64,000 nt of DNA from Nemertoderma westbladi. Its lineage: Eukaryota; Animalia; Xenacoelomorpha. The stretch is from assembly GCA_032718475.1 (NCBI GenBank), contig JAUCBJ010007602.1:1-64000 (forward strand), in the 5' to 3' direction. The notes under the pieces were generated by a model, which saw only the letters and a list, made by a program, of their open reading frames with translations, was not told the DNA's origin and ran no database searches. This document shows positions 22,525 to 35,790 of the stretch, one piece after another (the first letter of the stretch is position 1; each line of letters starts with the position of its first letter). The position numbers and the translations under genes were made by a program.

Positions 22525-23780
22525 CCGGTCACAGGGTCACGCTCACTCCTTGTGGGCCTTTATTAAATCTACCCGGACGCGGGTTCAAGCTCACTCAAGT
22601 GGGCTTTTATTAAAGCTACCCGGGCATGGGGTCATGCTCACTCTTCGTGGGCCTTTATTAAATCTACCTGGGCACAGGGTCAAGCTCACTCCTTGTGGGC
22701 CTTTATTAAATCTACCCAGGCGCGGGGTCACACTCACTCCTTGTGGGCCTTTATTAAATCTATCCGGGCGCGGGGTCAAGCTCACTCAAGTGGGCCTTTA
22801 TTAAATCTACCCAGGCGCGGGGTCACGCTCATTCCTTGTGGGCCTTTATTAAATCTACCCGGACGCGGGTTCAAGCTCACTCAAGTGGGCTTTTATTAAA
22901 GCTACCCGGGCATGGGGTCATGCTCACTCTTCGTGGGCCTTTATTAAATCTACCTGGGCACAGGGTCAAGCTCACTCCTTGTGGGCCTTTATTAAATCTA
23001 CCCAGGCGCGGGGTCACACTCACTCCTTGTGGGCCTTTATTAAATCTATCCGGGCGCGGGGTCAAGCTCACTCAAGTGGGCCTTTATTAAATCTACCCAG
23101 GCGCGGGGTCACGCTCATTCCTTGTGGGCCTTTATTAAATCTATCCAGGCGCGGGGTCAAGCTCACTCAAGTGGGCCTTTATTAAATCTACCCAGGCGCG
23201 GGGTCAAGCTCACTCTTTGTGGGCTTTATTAAATCTACCCGGGTGCAGGGTCACGCTCACTCTTTGTGGGCTTTATTAAATCTACCCGGGTGCGGGGTCA
23301 AGCTCACTCTTTGTGTGCTTTATTAAATCTACCCGGGCGTGGGGTCACACTCACTCCTTGTAGGCCTTTATTAAATCTACCCGGGTGCGGGGCGGGGTCA
23401 CGCTCACTCCTTGTGGGGCTTTATTAAATCTATCCGGGCGCGGGGTCAAGCTCACTCAAGTGGGCCTTTATTAAATCTACCCAGGCGCGGGGTCAAGCTC
23501 ACTCTTTGTGGGCTTTATTAAATCTACCCGGGCGCAGGGTCACGCTCACTCTTTGTGGGCTTTATTAAATCTACCCGGGCGCGGGCTCAAGCTCACTCTT
23601 TGTGTGCTTTATTAAATCTACCCGGGCGCAGGGTCACGCTCACTCTTTGTGGGCTTTATTAAATCTACCCGGTCGCGGGGTCAAGCTCACTCTTTGTGTG
23701 CTTTATTAAATCTACCCGGGCGCGGGGTCAAGCTCACTCAAGTGGGCCTTTATTAAATCTACCCGGGCGCTGGGTAACGC
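22525..23780. repeat. 47/48-bp satellite, right part of array 1
   Basis: Same unit. A 286-bp (6-unit) block is repeated, as shown by identical peptides at 22591 and 22877. Confidence 0.97.
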
Positions 23781-25429
23781 TTCGAAGCAGTCATCATCAA
23801 CATCACTGACTAGTCAGATGTCTAGTAAGATATAATCCCCCAGTAAACCCTTAAATAAAGTTTATAGTACTAAAAAATGCCTAATATGAATAAAATTTAT
23901 AAAACACAACTAAATAACAATATAAATTTATGTATAGATAAGTAATTAATATAACAGATAATGCCAAAAAACTCAGTCGACCGTATGTGCTTTTTACTCA
24001 TTCGGCACTTCTAACACATCCTAGACTATCATATCCTATACTCTATCCTCCGATCATACCCTATCATATCTTACTCTATCCTACCCTATCATATCATGTC
24101 CTACCCTATCCTCCTAACCTACCCTACCCTATCCTAACCCTATCCTATCTAACCCTATTCTAATCTAACTATATCCTTGTCCCATCCCTTCCTCTGAAAT
24201 ATCTATCCACACTACCCTGATGAGCATCCGTTCACTAACAATGCTATTAGGCTACCCTCCTTTACCTATATATATGTTATATTCATATTTATATATATAC
24301 TGATATATATATTACAATAATTATTATGTGTGCATTTATTATAATGTATATGTTTATATGGGTAATAATAAACAATCATAAATAGACTTAATTCCGTCAA
24401 CCAATCTATTACCTGGCCCTAGTATCGGATCTATTATTGTTGATATATTTACGTAGAAATCAATTTTGGCTCTTATGCTGCAGTTTCTCTATATGAGATC
24501 CAAGTAATTAATTGTTATTATTGGACGGATCCAATTGTTGTTGGACGGATCCAATTGTTGTATGTTGGACGGATCCAATTGTTGTTGGACGGATCAAATT
24601 GTTGTTAGACGGATCCAATTGTTGGATGTTAGACGGATCCAATTGTTGGATGTTGGACGGATCCAATTGTTGTTGGACGGATCAAATTGTTGTTAGACGG
24701 ATCCAATTGTTGGATGTTGGACGGATACAATTGTTGGATGTTGGACGGATCCAATTGTTGTTGGACGGATCAAATTGTTGTTAGACGGATCCAATTGTTG
24801 GATGTTGGACGGATCCAATTGTTGGATGTTGGACGGATCCAATTGTTGGATGTTGGACGGATCCAATTGTTGGATGTTGGACGGATCCAATTGTTGGATG
24901 TCCTTATTTCTCACATGTGTTTGTGTGTTTGTTTGTACACGTACAACTTCATGCATAATGTTGATGGAATTGCATGAAACTTTGATGATAGGTTCATTAT
25001 CGGACCTAGTTGCGTATGCTAGGTTTTGGATGTGTCGGACCTGTAGGTTGCTTAGAAACAGTGAAATTAATTATAGAATGAAAGATCATAATCGTAGAAT
25101 TCACTCAATCAAAATTATATTGGACATACTTTCTGCAAAATGTTGCCTAGTGGTCAGCTGCTGATGATTGTTGCATTGAATAGATTACTGTAGATGATGT
25201 AAATACAAGTTTGTCACCATCTGTGAACCAACTGCCCGATACAAATTCCTCTTATTTCCTCCACTAGAGGATCGCGAATCTCCCGCCCACCCCTTTCTTT
25301 CACTCTTTGATCTTCTCTTCATTTCTTCCTTTTTCTACGACTGATATATATTTTTCCGCACCCGAGATGGGAAGCCTTTTACGTATTTTAAATATAAATG
25401 TATTTAATGGGGTTTTCATAAATGTTCTG
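23781..25429. repeat. 1.65-kb non-satellite segment, copy 1, containing a (CCTAT)n-like tract and a 24-bp minisatellite
   Basis: Matches 28061-28130 joined to 37709-39208. Confidence 0.9.
24515..24900. repeat. 21/24-bp minisatellite TTGGACGGATCCAATTGTTGGATG
   Basis: Directly visible. A shorter copy lies at about 38490-38675. Confidence 0.95.
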
Positions 25430-28060
25430 CCCAGGCGCGGGGTCACGTCCACTCCTTGAGGGCCTTTATTAAATCGATCCGGGCGTGGGGTCACGCTCAT
25501 TCTTTGTGGGCCTTTATTAAATCTACCCGGGCGCGGGGTCGCGCTCACTCCATGTGGGCCTTTATTAAATCTACCCGGTCGCGTGGTCACCCTCACTCTT
25601 TGTGGGCTTTATTAAATCTACCCGAGCGCGGGGTCACGCTCCCTCCCTATGGGCTTTATTAAATCTACCTGGGCGCGGGGTCACACTCACCCTTTGTGGG
25701 CTTTATTAAATCTACCCGGGCGCAGGGTCACGCTCACTCTTTGTGGGCCTTTACGAAGTCTACCCGGGCACGGGGTCACGCTCAATCTATGTGGGCCTTT
25801 ATTAAATCTACCTGGGCGCGGGGTCATGCTCACCCTTAGTGGGCTTTATTAAATCTACACGGGCGTGGGGTCACGCGCACTCTTTGTGGGCTTTATTAAA
25901 TCTACCCAGGCGCGGGGTCACGTTCACTCCTTGTGGGCCTTTATTAAATCGACCCGGGCACGGGGTCACGCTCACTCTTTGTGGGCCTTTATTAAATCTA
26001 CCTGAGCGTGTGGTCGCGCTTACTCCATGTGGGTCTTTATTAAATCTACCCAGTCGTGGGGTCACCCTCACTCTTTGTGGGCTTTATCAAATCTACCCGA
26101 TCGCGGGGTCACGTTCACTCCTTGTGGGCCTTTATTAAATCTACCCGGGCGTGGGGTCAGGCTCACCCTTAGCGGGCTTTATTTTATTCTTCCAGGGCGC
26201 GGGATCAAGCTCACTCTTTGTGGGCCTTTATTAAATCTACCTGGGCACGGGGTCAAGCTCACTCTTTGTAGGCTTTATTAAATCTACCTGGGCACGGGGT
26301 CAAGCTCACTCTTTGTAGGCTTTATTAAATCTACCCAGGTGCAGGGTCACACACTCTTTGTGGGCTTTATTAAATCTACCCGGGCGCGGGGTCAAGCTTA
26401 CTCTTTGTGGGCTTTATTAAATCTACCCGGACATGGGGTCACACTCACTCCTTGTGGGCCTTTATTGAATCTACCCGGGCGCGGGGTCAAGCTTACTCTT
26501 TGTGGGCCTTTATTAAATCTACCCGGGCGCGGGTCATGCTCACTCCATGTGGGTCTTTATTAAATCTACCCGGGCGCGGGGTCACGCTCACCCTTAGTGG
26601 GCTTTATTAAATCTACCCAGTCGCGGGGTCACGTTCACTCTTTGTAGGCCTTTACGAAATCTACCTGGGCGCGGGGTCACACTCACTCCATGTGGGCCTT
26701 TATTAAATCCACCCGTGCGCGGGGTCACGGTCACCCTTAGTGGGCTTATTCAATCTACACGGGCGTGGGGTCACGCTCACTCCCTGTGGGCTTTATTAAA
26801 TCTACCTCGGCGCGGGGTCACGCTCACTCTTTGTGGGCTTTATTAAATCTACCCAGGCACGGGGTCATGTCCACTCCTTGTGGGCCTTTATTAAATCGAT
26901 CCGGGCGTGGGGTCACGCTCATTCTTTGTGGGCCTTTATTAAATCTACCTGAGTGTGTGGTCGCGCTTACTCCATGTGGGTCTTTATTAAATCTACCCGG
27001 TCGCGGGGTCACCCTCACTCTTTATGGGCTTTATTAAATCTACCCAGGCACGGGGTCATGTCCACTCCTTGTGGGCCTTTATTAAATCGATCCGGGCGTG
27101 GGGTCACGCTCATTCTTTGTGGGCCTTTATTAAATCTACCTGAGCGTGTGGTCACGCTTACTCCCTGTGGGCTTTATTAAATCTACCCGGGCGTGGGGTC
27201 ACACTCACCTTTTGTGGGCTTTATTAAATCTACCCGGGCGCGGGATCACGCTCACTCTTTGTGGGCCTTTACGAAGTCTACCCGGGCGAGGGGTCACGCT
27301 CACTCCATGTGGGCCTTTATTAAATCTACCCGGGCGCGGGGTCATGCTCACCCTTAGTGGGCTTTATTAAATCTACACGGGCGTGGGGTCACGCTCACTC
27401 CCTGTGGGCTTTATTAAATCTACCCGGGCGCGGGATCACGCTCACTCTTTGTGGGCCTTTACGAAGTCTACCCGGGCGAGGGGTCACGCTCACTCCATGT
27501 GGGCCTTTATTAAATCTACCCGGGCGTGGGGTCATGCTCACCCTTAGTGGGCTTTATTAAATCTACCCAGGCGCAGTATCACGCTCACTCTTTGTGGGCC
27601 TTTACGAAGTCTACCCGGGCGAGGGGTCACGCTCACTCCATGTGGGCCTTTATTAAATCTACACGGGCGTGGGGTCACGCTCACTCCCTGTGGGCTTTAT
27701 TAAATCTACCCCGGCGCGGGATCACGCTCACTCTTTGTGGGCCTTTACGAAGTCTACCCGGGCGAGGGGTCACGCTCACTCCATGTGGGCCTTTATTAAA
27801 TCTACCCGGGCGCGGGGTCATGCTCACCCTTAGTGGGCTTTATTAAATCTACCCGGGCGCGGTATCACGCTCACTCTTTGTGGGCCTTTACGAAGTCTAC
27901 CCGGGCGAGGGGTCACGCTCACTCCATGTGGGCCTTTATTAAATCTACCCGGGCGCGGGGTCATGCTCACCCTTAGTGGGCTTTATTAAATCTACCCGAA
28001 CGCAGGGTCACGTTCACTCCTTGTGGGCCTTTATTAAATCTACCCGGGCGTGGGGTCACG
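25430..28060. repeat. 47/48-bp satellite, array 2
   Basis: Same unit as array 1. Ends in the same CGCTTCGAAGCAGTCATC junction. Confidence 0.97.
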
Positions 28061-28130
28061 CTTCGAAGCAGTCATCATCAACATCACTGACTAGTCAGAT
28101 GTCTAGTAAGATATAATCCCCCAGTAAACC

Positions 28131-28394
28131 TGTGGGCTTCCCCTTTCCAGGGTAATGGATATATATAAAAATCAATAACAATGAATGACTGAATGTATGA
28201 ATAATGTAATCCCTGAATCCGGTATCATATAACTGAATGTCAGTACAATGCAATACAGCAATAATATATATATATATAGATCTATAACGGACCGGTACCG
28301 TACTGCAATACAATGCAATAACTGAATGTCTAATCATCTCCCTATATCATAATAAAAATGTATGTACTGTATGATAAAAATATATAACCTTACA
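28131..28394 (-). repeat. 3' LTR of the Gypsy element
   Basis: TGTGGGCTTCC...CCTTACA. PPT AAGGGGGAGTTA on the minus strand at 28395-28406. Confidence 0.95.
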
Positions 28395-28851
28395 TAACTC
28401 CCCCTTACAAATGCGGAGCACATTCCTAATACTACAATTCTCAATATGGTTACTAATAATGATAATGAACATACATATCTGTAAGGTTGTCAAAAAAAAT
28501 GCACTATATTTTTTTACAATTAAATTAAATATTTATATATAAGTAAATGGGAGATTACCATAAAATAATGCGTAAGCAATATATATAAGCTTAGAGATAC
28601 CATCATTAATGTTGCGATCTTGCGAACATTATAGATTATTAATTAATACATTCATTTCACAGTAACATTGTAAATATAATTCTTGCAGACAAATACTATT
28701 TGTACATACAATATGTGAAAAAATAATATAGAACATTTATTTTTTTTTAAATCTTTCAAGAAAAATAGTTTCACACTTATATAATAGTAAACAAAAATAT
28801 ACATTAATTTCAATATCAATAAATGTTCAATGAATAAATTGCATTGATAAT

Positions 28852-31807
28852 TTAAACAAACTTGACTCTGCGTTTTACAACTGACGGTTTGGGAGACAAG
28901 AAGTTTCGAGCTAATTCTGTAGCATGTGTTAATTTACGTGTTTGGTGCTGATCCCTAAAATATGAGTCCGAATATTTTACACATTTATCCTTTGTAACAA
29001 AACCACACTTATTTATGGCAAGGTAATTGACTGGAACTTCATTAGGAAAACAATGTCTCTTATTAATTACTGAATCATATGGTAATATTAACGCTGGCCA
29101 ATAACTATCGGATAAAGGTGCACAAACAACCTTATGTTTTAAAATCTTTGGAGCATGTCTTTTGCAAGTATGTGTTTCTCTCGATTCACTTGTCCCGATC
29201 CCAGTTTTCGATAGAGATCCCGGTACAATCATCTTTTGGTTAGTTATTTCAGTTTGCGAATTTTGTGAACTTTCATGGGTATTCCAATTGTTGTTATCAT
29301 CTATTTGTAAGAAAGCAGGTTTAACCCGGTCCATTGATATTTTCGTTGGAATACCTTTGACGCTTATTGAGACAGTTTTATCATTCCGTTCAATTACTTC
29401 ATAAGGGCCTGTATATCGATAAACTAGACTTCCTTTTTTACGATCATTTCTAATCCACACATGTGAAATGTCTTTCATATATTTTGGAACATATGTTGAA
29501 GTCGAATTGTGTTTCCGATCAGGTGCTACAAACGACCTTATTGTAGACATTAATTTCTCCATATATGCAGGAACTTTGAGAGTCTTTGTTTGGTTATCCG
29601 GGATTATAAATTGTCCAGGTAGATCTACAACTCCACCTAAAACCATTTCGGAAGGGCTATAACCTTTTTTTGTAATTGAAGTTCTTAAACCCAATGGTAA
29701 TGCCTGTGACCAACTTTTATCTGCAGCGTGTGCCCGCAAAGCATTTTTCATAGTGCGATGCATTCGTTCAACAGCACCATTACTTTGTGGGTGATATGTT
29801 GTTGTTCTCTTGCGTTGAATACCCAACTGCCTCATTAATTCTTCCCATACCTTTGACTCAAACTGGCTTCCTCGGTCTGAAATTAAGTTACGTGGTACTC
29901 CAAAAATGCTGATCCATCCAGAAATAAGGGCATTTACAACAGTTTCGGCATCAATACTTTTTACTGGAATGGCTACTGGCCAACATGTATATCTATCAAT
30001 GACAGTCACTAAATAATTATAACCATTGGAAGGTATAAATTCTCCAACAATGTCAATATGAATAGTCTGAAATCTATCAGTGTTTTCAATATTTCCAATT
30101 TCAGTTTTAATGTGCCGTGTAACTTTAGCCTTTTGACATCGTATGCATTGTCGGCACCATTTCCGAACATCCTTACGCATACTAGGCCAAATGTACCTTT
30201 CGGCAATTAGCTTGTATGTTTTGTTGAAACCCAAATGTGCTAAATTGTGATGATGTTGGAATAATTTAAATCGCATTTCATATGGGATGTATGGTCTTAA
30301 ATGTCCTTTCGTATTATCACACATAATGACTTTATCATCAGTCTTCAATTCATGAAGTGGTAATGTAGTTTTTTCGAAAAAACTTATTAGAGAAGGGTCA
30401 GATAATTGCATATCAGCTATTGATGAATCAATGTCAACCATAATTGCTGCAGTTTGTGTTGTCCATGATAACGTATCTGCAACTATGTTTGAATTTCCAG
30501 AAATATGCTGGATTGAGGTAGTGAATTCTGAAATGTATGATATCCACCTTGTCTGCTGTGGGGATGGATTTTTCATATTTAGTATATGTATTAGAGGTTT
30601 GTGATCTGTTTTGATTATTATATTGGAACCGAGTAACCAAGAGAAGTGTTTTAGGGATAAATATATTGCCAATAACTCTCTGTCAAAGACTGATTTCTTT
30701 TGTTCTCGCGGTGTAAACTTAGCCGAAAAAAATGCTAATGGAAAACGTTCATCATTAATAACTTGGTGAACCACAGCACCCGCTGCTGTATTTGATGCTT
30801 CTGTAGTAAGTTCTATTTTTGATTCAGGCTTATTACATGGAAAGGATAATGTGACACTCTCCAAAATTGCAAATTTGAGTTTCTCAAATGCTGCTGAAGC
30901 TACATCTGTCCATATAAGAAAATTGTTTTTTGACTTCTTATTGTAGTTCCGGGTGAGATCTGTTAGGGGTGATGCAATATCCGAGAATTTCGGTATGAAT
31001 TTATGGTAAAATCCTGCCATACCTAATAGTCGTTTTAATTGTTTGATACTTTCTGGTTTTTGGTAGTTTATGATCGCTTCTAACTTTTCTGGCAATGGTT
31101 TGATACCATCTTTTGATATTTCTGCACCCAAAAATTCCACTTTATCATAGAAAAATTTACACTTTTCAATCCTCAAATGTAGACCATATTCTGCAAGTCG
31201 ATTGAAAATTATTTTCAAATGTTCTAGGTGTTCCTTAGGTGTCTTACTTCCTACCAATACATCATCTACATAACACCAGATGAAAGTCAACCCATAAAGG
31301 GCTACATCCATTATCCTCTGAAATGTTTGCGATGCATTGCGCAACCCATACGGCATTCTTCGAAAAATGAAAAGACCAAATGGGGTAGAGATTGCAGTTT
31401 TAATTTGGTCTTCTTCCGCAACTGGTACTTGCATATATGCCGATGCTAAATCTAGTTTAGAGAAAATATTGCATCCATGCAAAGCAGCTGGTAAGTCATT
31501 CAAATTTGGCATTGGATATCTGTCTGGGACTGTATGTTTATTTAATTCTCTATAATCACCGCAACTGCGGTAAGGTGTTGTTTTTGAATGGGGTTGAGGT
31601 GCAACATGTAATGGTGATGCATATGGTGATTCACTGCGAAAGCATATATCCTGTTGGAGCCATTTATTGAAAGCTTCTTTAGCAGCTTCCAATCTGTCCC
31701 CAAATAATCGCCTTGGTTTGCAATATGTTGGCATACCACTTGTTATGATGTGATGTTTAATATTATGTTTTACTTCTTCTTCTGCACTTACTGGTTTAAA
31801 TACATCT
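28852..31807 (-). CDS. Gypsy pol 3' part: RT, RNase H, integrase and a C-terminal PWWP-like domain
   Basis: RT motifs [26 protein letters not shown]. RNase H TEAS (usually TDAS), DRELLAI, TDHKPL. Integrase [27 protein letters not shown]. The first 8 aa of the ORF-track entry come from the LINE. Confidence 0.95.
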
Positions 31808-34800
31808 CGGACGCGGGCCCCGAAGATCAACTGTCCCGTCTGTCAACGAGGAACAAACTCTCGGAGTAAGATCGTCCAATGCGAGAGTTGTGACACATTT
31901 GTACATTTAAAATGTTACCGCAGCAAACGCAGTAATTTATTCTCCACCAGAAACAATCTTGAACCAAGTTTTCTCTGCAATAGCTGTATTTTTACAGAAC
32001 TTCCCTTTCATGATACAATTTTAGAATCAGAAACCGACGATTCATTTCTCACATCGCCTCTGCAAACTCCAAGTGATGCTGAGAGTGAAACTTTTAATTT
32101 TTTTAAGAAAAAAGGTCTGCATTTTTTGCACTTAAACGCACGATCTCTGCTTCCAAAACTTTCCGAAATTCGTATTTTAATCAATAAATCCAACCCAGCA
32201 GTTTTAACAATCTCTGAAACTTGGCTCGATGATAGTGTTTCTGATGGAGAAATTTATATTGACAATTACGTAGTTTTACGTAAGGATAGGGACAGACACG
32301 GTGGTGGTGTCTGTACTTACATTCGATGTGATTTAGCTTTTAATCGTAGGGAAGATTTAGAGACTTGTGACGAAGTTTTACTGGTGGAACTTTTACTTCC
32401 TAAAACTAAACCTATTTTAATCGGTACTTTATATCGGCCCCCTAAACAATCAGATTTTTTGCAAAATTTTGAAAATACAATTTTATGTAATCTTAGGTCA
32501 GACTGTGAAATATATTTCTTAGGTGATTTTAATATCTGTTACCATCACAAAGCATCCCCCATCTGTAAACAGTACCAAAGTATTTTAAATTTGTTTGGTT
32601 TAAAACAAATTATTCGAGATTCTACCAGAATTACCAGTAAAACTTCTACTTTACTAGATCACATCCTTTGTAATAATACCGATATTATTTCTCAATCTGG
32701 GGTTTTACCTATAGGTCTAAGCGATCATTTTATAGTTTTTTGCACAAGAAAGACACAAAAATCTTTTTTCGGGGATCATAAAACAGTAACAGTTAGGTCT
32801 ATGAAAAATTACAGCAAGGAACGCTTTTTAAGTTTGTTAGTTAATTCTGACTGGGAACCCTGTTTTAAGGCCGCTGACATTAACCTTGCGTACACTGTTT
32901 TTAAAGATATATTTTTAAAGGCACTTAATACTGTAGCACCAATTAAAAAAATTAGTCTTAAACAACGCACTGAGCCCTGGATGACCTCGGGTATTCTTAG
33001 TAATATCAGAGAAAGAGATAACTATTTGTATAAATTTAGGAAATACCGTGTTTTAGCTGATTATAATAATTACTGCAAATATAGAAACCTTGTCCAACGG
33101 GAAATAAAAAAAGCTAAATCTGAATATTTGTACAACAAAATAAGTGAGAATAAAGATAATCCAAAAAGTCTATGGTCTACCCTAAAATCTTTAGGTTATA
33201 AAAACCTTAAATCTAAATCGAATATTGTTCTGCAAGATAACGGTGAGCTGATTCATGATCATACTCTAGTTAGTAATTTATTTAATAATTATTTTACTAA
33301 TGTTGCCTCTAATTTAGTTAAGAAATTACCGTTATCAAGTAATAAATATAGTATAGGGTCCGAAACTCTAAATAATTTTTATTTAGAAAAGTTACAAAAT
33401 TCAGAAAAGTTATTTTTAAAACCCGTTTCTGAGGATTTCGTTTTTAAAAATCTACTTAGCCTATCAGCCTCAAAAAGTACCGGTCTAGATCTAATACCTG
33501 CCCGTTTTCTTAAGGATGGTGCTGAAGTACTTAAAGTGCCTATTACTTTTATTATTAATTACTCGATCGTAGATAATGTAGTACCAGACGAACTGAAATT
33601 AGCTAAGGTTGTTCCTCTGTATAAAAAGAATAGTAAAGTAGAACCCTGTAATTACAGACCTGTTAGTATCTTAAGTATTGTATCTAAAATTCTAGAACGT
33701 TCTGTTTTTCTACAGCTGGAGGCACATCTTAGTAGGCTAAATCTGATCTATGAACTTCAGTCCGGATTTCGTAAATCATATTCTACAGACACCTGCCTTA
33801 TTAACTTAACTGATACAATTAGATGTAATAACGCAAAGGGTTTATATACTGGTATGGTAATGTTGGACCTACAAAAGGCTTTCGATACTGTAGATCACGA
33901 AATTCTGCTTGGTAAGTTAGGCCTGATGGGTGTAGGTTCTATAGACTGGTTCAAGTCCTACCTGTCAGACAGAGGTCAAACTGTAGTCATTAGCAAATCG
34001 CTGTCTACTGTACAAGAGATTACCTGTGGTGTACTGCAAGGTAGTATATTAGGTCCTCTGCTTTTTGTATGCTATGTAAATGATATGATAAGTAGTATAG
34101 ATCCCGATTTTAAACTCATTTTATATGCCGACGACAGTGCTCTTATCTTCTCTCATAAAGATCCTATCCATATTTCCCAAAAGTTAAGTGCAGTTCTAGA
34201 ATCCTGTAATGAGTGGTTGGTTGATAATAAGCTATCCATTCACTACGGTAAAACTGAAAGTATTTTGTTTGGTTCCAAAAGAAAGTTAAAGAAGGTAACT
34301 AAGTTTGAAGTCACTAGTAATGGACATAAGATTGAAAATAAAAAGGAAGTTAAATATTTAGGCGCCACATTGGATAACTGCTTATCAGGAGAAAGTACAG
34401 TGAAAAATATTTTCTCGAAAGTTAACAGTAGGCTTAGGTTTCTATACAGAAATAAAAATAGTTTAAATACCGACTCCCGCAAGTTACTTTGCTCTTCTTT
34501 AATACAGTGTCACATGGACTATGCGTGCTCTTCTTGGTATGAAGGCTTAACCAAACAGCTTAAATGTAAATTACAAGTAGCTCAGAATAAAGTAGTACGA
34601 TTTATTAAAGACTACAAACCTAGGCACCACCTAACTCCAGATGACTTTTCTGAATCTGGACTACTTAACTTAGATAGTAGAGTTAAGCAGCTACGCCTTA
34701 ACCATGTGTATAAAGTGTATAATGGTAAATGTCCCAATTACCTAAAACAAAAATTCAACAGAGTACGCGATACACACTCTTACAGTACCAGAGCTAGTGC

Positions 34801-34993
34801 TTCAAACTTCTACCTCCCGAATTGTAAATCCTTTGAATCTGATACTTTCTTTTTTAACGGCATAAAAAATTGGAACGCTCTGCCTAATGAAATTAAAAAC
34901 CTAGATAATCAACATTATTTTAAATCTGCAGTTAAATCTCATCTCCGTGTGCAATGTAAAAATAGGTACAATAGTTCTACAGTAAGTTATTAG
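31808..34993 (+). CDS. LINE ORF2: PHD finger, APE endonuclease, reverse transcriptase
   Basis: The frame is open 106 codons upstream of the ORF-track start: CPVC...[15 protein letters not shown]...FLCNSC (C4HC3). Then [51 protein letters not shown]. Confidence 0.93.
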   Translation, partial: RTRAPKINCPVCQRGTNSRSKIVQCESCDTFVHLKCYRSKRSNLFSTRNNLEPSFLCNSCIFTELPFHDTILESETDDSFLTSPLQTPSDAESETFNFFKKKGLHFLHLNARSLLPKLSEIRILINKSNPAVLTISETWLDDSVSDGEIYIDNYVVLRKDRDRHGGGVCTYIRCDLAFNRREDLETCDEVLLVELLLPKTKPILIGTLYRPPKQSDFLQNFENTILCNLRSDCEIYFLGDFNICYHHKASPICKQYQSILNLFGLKQIIRDSTRITSKTSTLLDHILCNNTDIISQSGVLPIGLSDHFIVFCTRKTQKSFFGDHKTVTVRSMKNYSKERFLSLLVNSDWEPCFKAADINLAYTVFKDIFLKALNTVAPIKKISLKQRTEPWMTSGILSNIRERDNYLYKFRKYRVLADYNNYCKYRNLVQREIKKAKSEYLYNKISENKDNPKSLWSTLKSLGYKNLKSKSNIVLQDNGELIHDHTLVSNLFNNYFTNVASNLVKKLPLSSNKYSIGSETLNNFYLEKLQNSEKLFLKPVSEDFVFKNLLSLSASKSTGLDLIPARFLKDGAEVLKVPITFIINYSIVDNVVPDELKLAKVVPLYKKNSKVEPCNYRPVSILSIVSKILERSVFLQLEAHLSRLNLIYELQSGFRKSYSTDTCLINLTDTIRCNNAKGLYTGMVMLDLQKAFDTVDHEILLGKLGLMGVGSIDWFKSYLSDRGQTVVISKSLSTVQEITCGVLQGSILGPLLFVCYVNDMISSIDPDFKLILYADDSALIFSHKDPIHISQKLSAVLESCNEWLVDNKLSIHYGKTESILFGSKRKLKKVTKFEVTSNGHKIENKKEVKYLGATLDNCLSGESTVKNIFSKVNSRLRFLYRNKNSLNTDSRKLLCSSLIQCHMDYACSSWYEGLTKQLKCKLQVAQNKVVRFIKDYKPRHHLTPDDFSESGLLNLDSRVKQLRLNHVYKVYNGKCPNYLKQKFNRVRDTHSYSTRASASNFYLPNCKSFESDTFFFNGIKNWNALPNEIKNLDNQHYFKSAVKSHLRVQCKNRYNSSTVSY

Positions 34994-35327
34994 TTTATTA
35001 ATTATTTACTATTTATACTGTAATTACGTTTTATAATAAATTGTTCTGTACATTACATCTTTATCGTTGAGTCGGGCATTGTCACGCTCTCGGTAAAGTT
35101 GTACATGTACATAGTGTAATTACGTTTTATATTGGTTTTAGGTTAGCGTAGTGTAATATTGTATTTGTAACCAAGTAACATAAAGGACCCCCTTGGAAAT
35201 AAGCTGCAAAGCTTTAGGGGTAATCCTATATGTTATGTTGGACAATACCTTTATACCGGTACATTGTTTGGTGTATTTGTTATTGTTTTTACATAATGTA
35301 TAAATAAATCTATCTATCTATCTATCT
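31808..35327 (+). mobile_element. CR1/L2-group LINE, 5'-truncated, inserted antisense in Gypsy pol
   Basis: Removing it restores Gypsy ...ISNCK-DVFKPV. The 3' end is AATAAA followed by a (TATC)n tail, and ATCT is shared at both junctions. Confidence 0.93.
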
Positions 35328-35790
35328 TTGCAGTTTGAGATTAGTTTAGTCACCTGTGGTAAATATAACTCATTACCAATCTTGATATGGTTTATACAAA
35401 AGTTATCACCATAATTTGTTTTAGGTTGAGTTTTACAAAATTGGCGAGTGTATATAATATCTTTCGATTGAATTAATCTATCATTTGCACAATCAATCAG
35501 CATATTATAATGTTTCATAAAATCTTTTCCCAATAATGGTTCTGTCACTTCAGCTATAAAGAAAGTCCAATTAAATGTTTGGTTTGGAAACTCTTGAATT
35601 GTAAATGAAAGGTTTTTTCTAGCTATAATTTTTATTGGAGTTCCATTAGCAGCCTTTAAATTAAAATCTGGAGGAGAATAACAATCAGAAGTGGCATAAC
35701 TTAATGGTAAGCAACTGTACCATGTACCACTATCTGCTAAGAAATGACCTATTGGGTGTGCGGTGACATAAATTGAATTTACTCCGACGG
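35328..35790 (-). CDS. Gypsy pol 5' part (aspartic protease), in a different frame from gag
   Basis: HFLADSGTWYSCLP and EPLLGKDFMKHYNMLID. Ends at ISNCK, where the LINE is inserted. Confidence 0.85.

Noticed and set aside
24190-24250. Hammerhead ribozyme (CTGATGAG near GAAA)
   Set aside because: I could not form stems I-III around the core in either copy.
22508-28060. ORFs with GPLLNLPGRGV or LDGSNCWM repeats
   Set aside because: Translations of the 48-bp and 24-bp tandem repeats.
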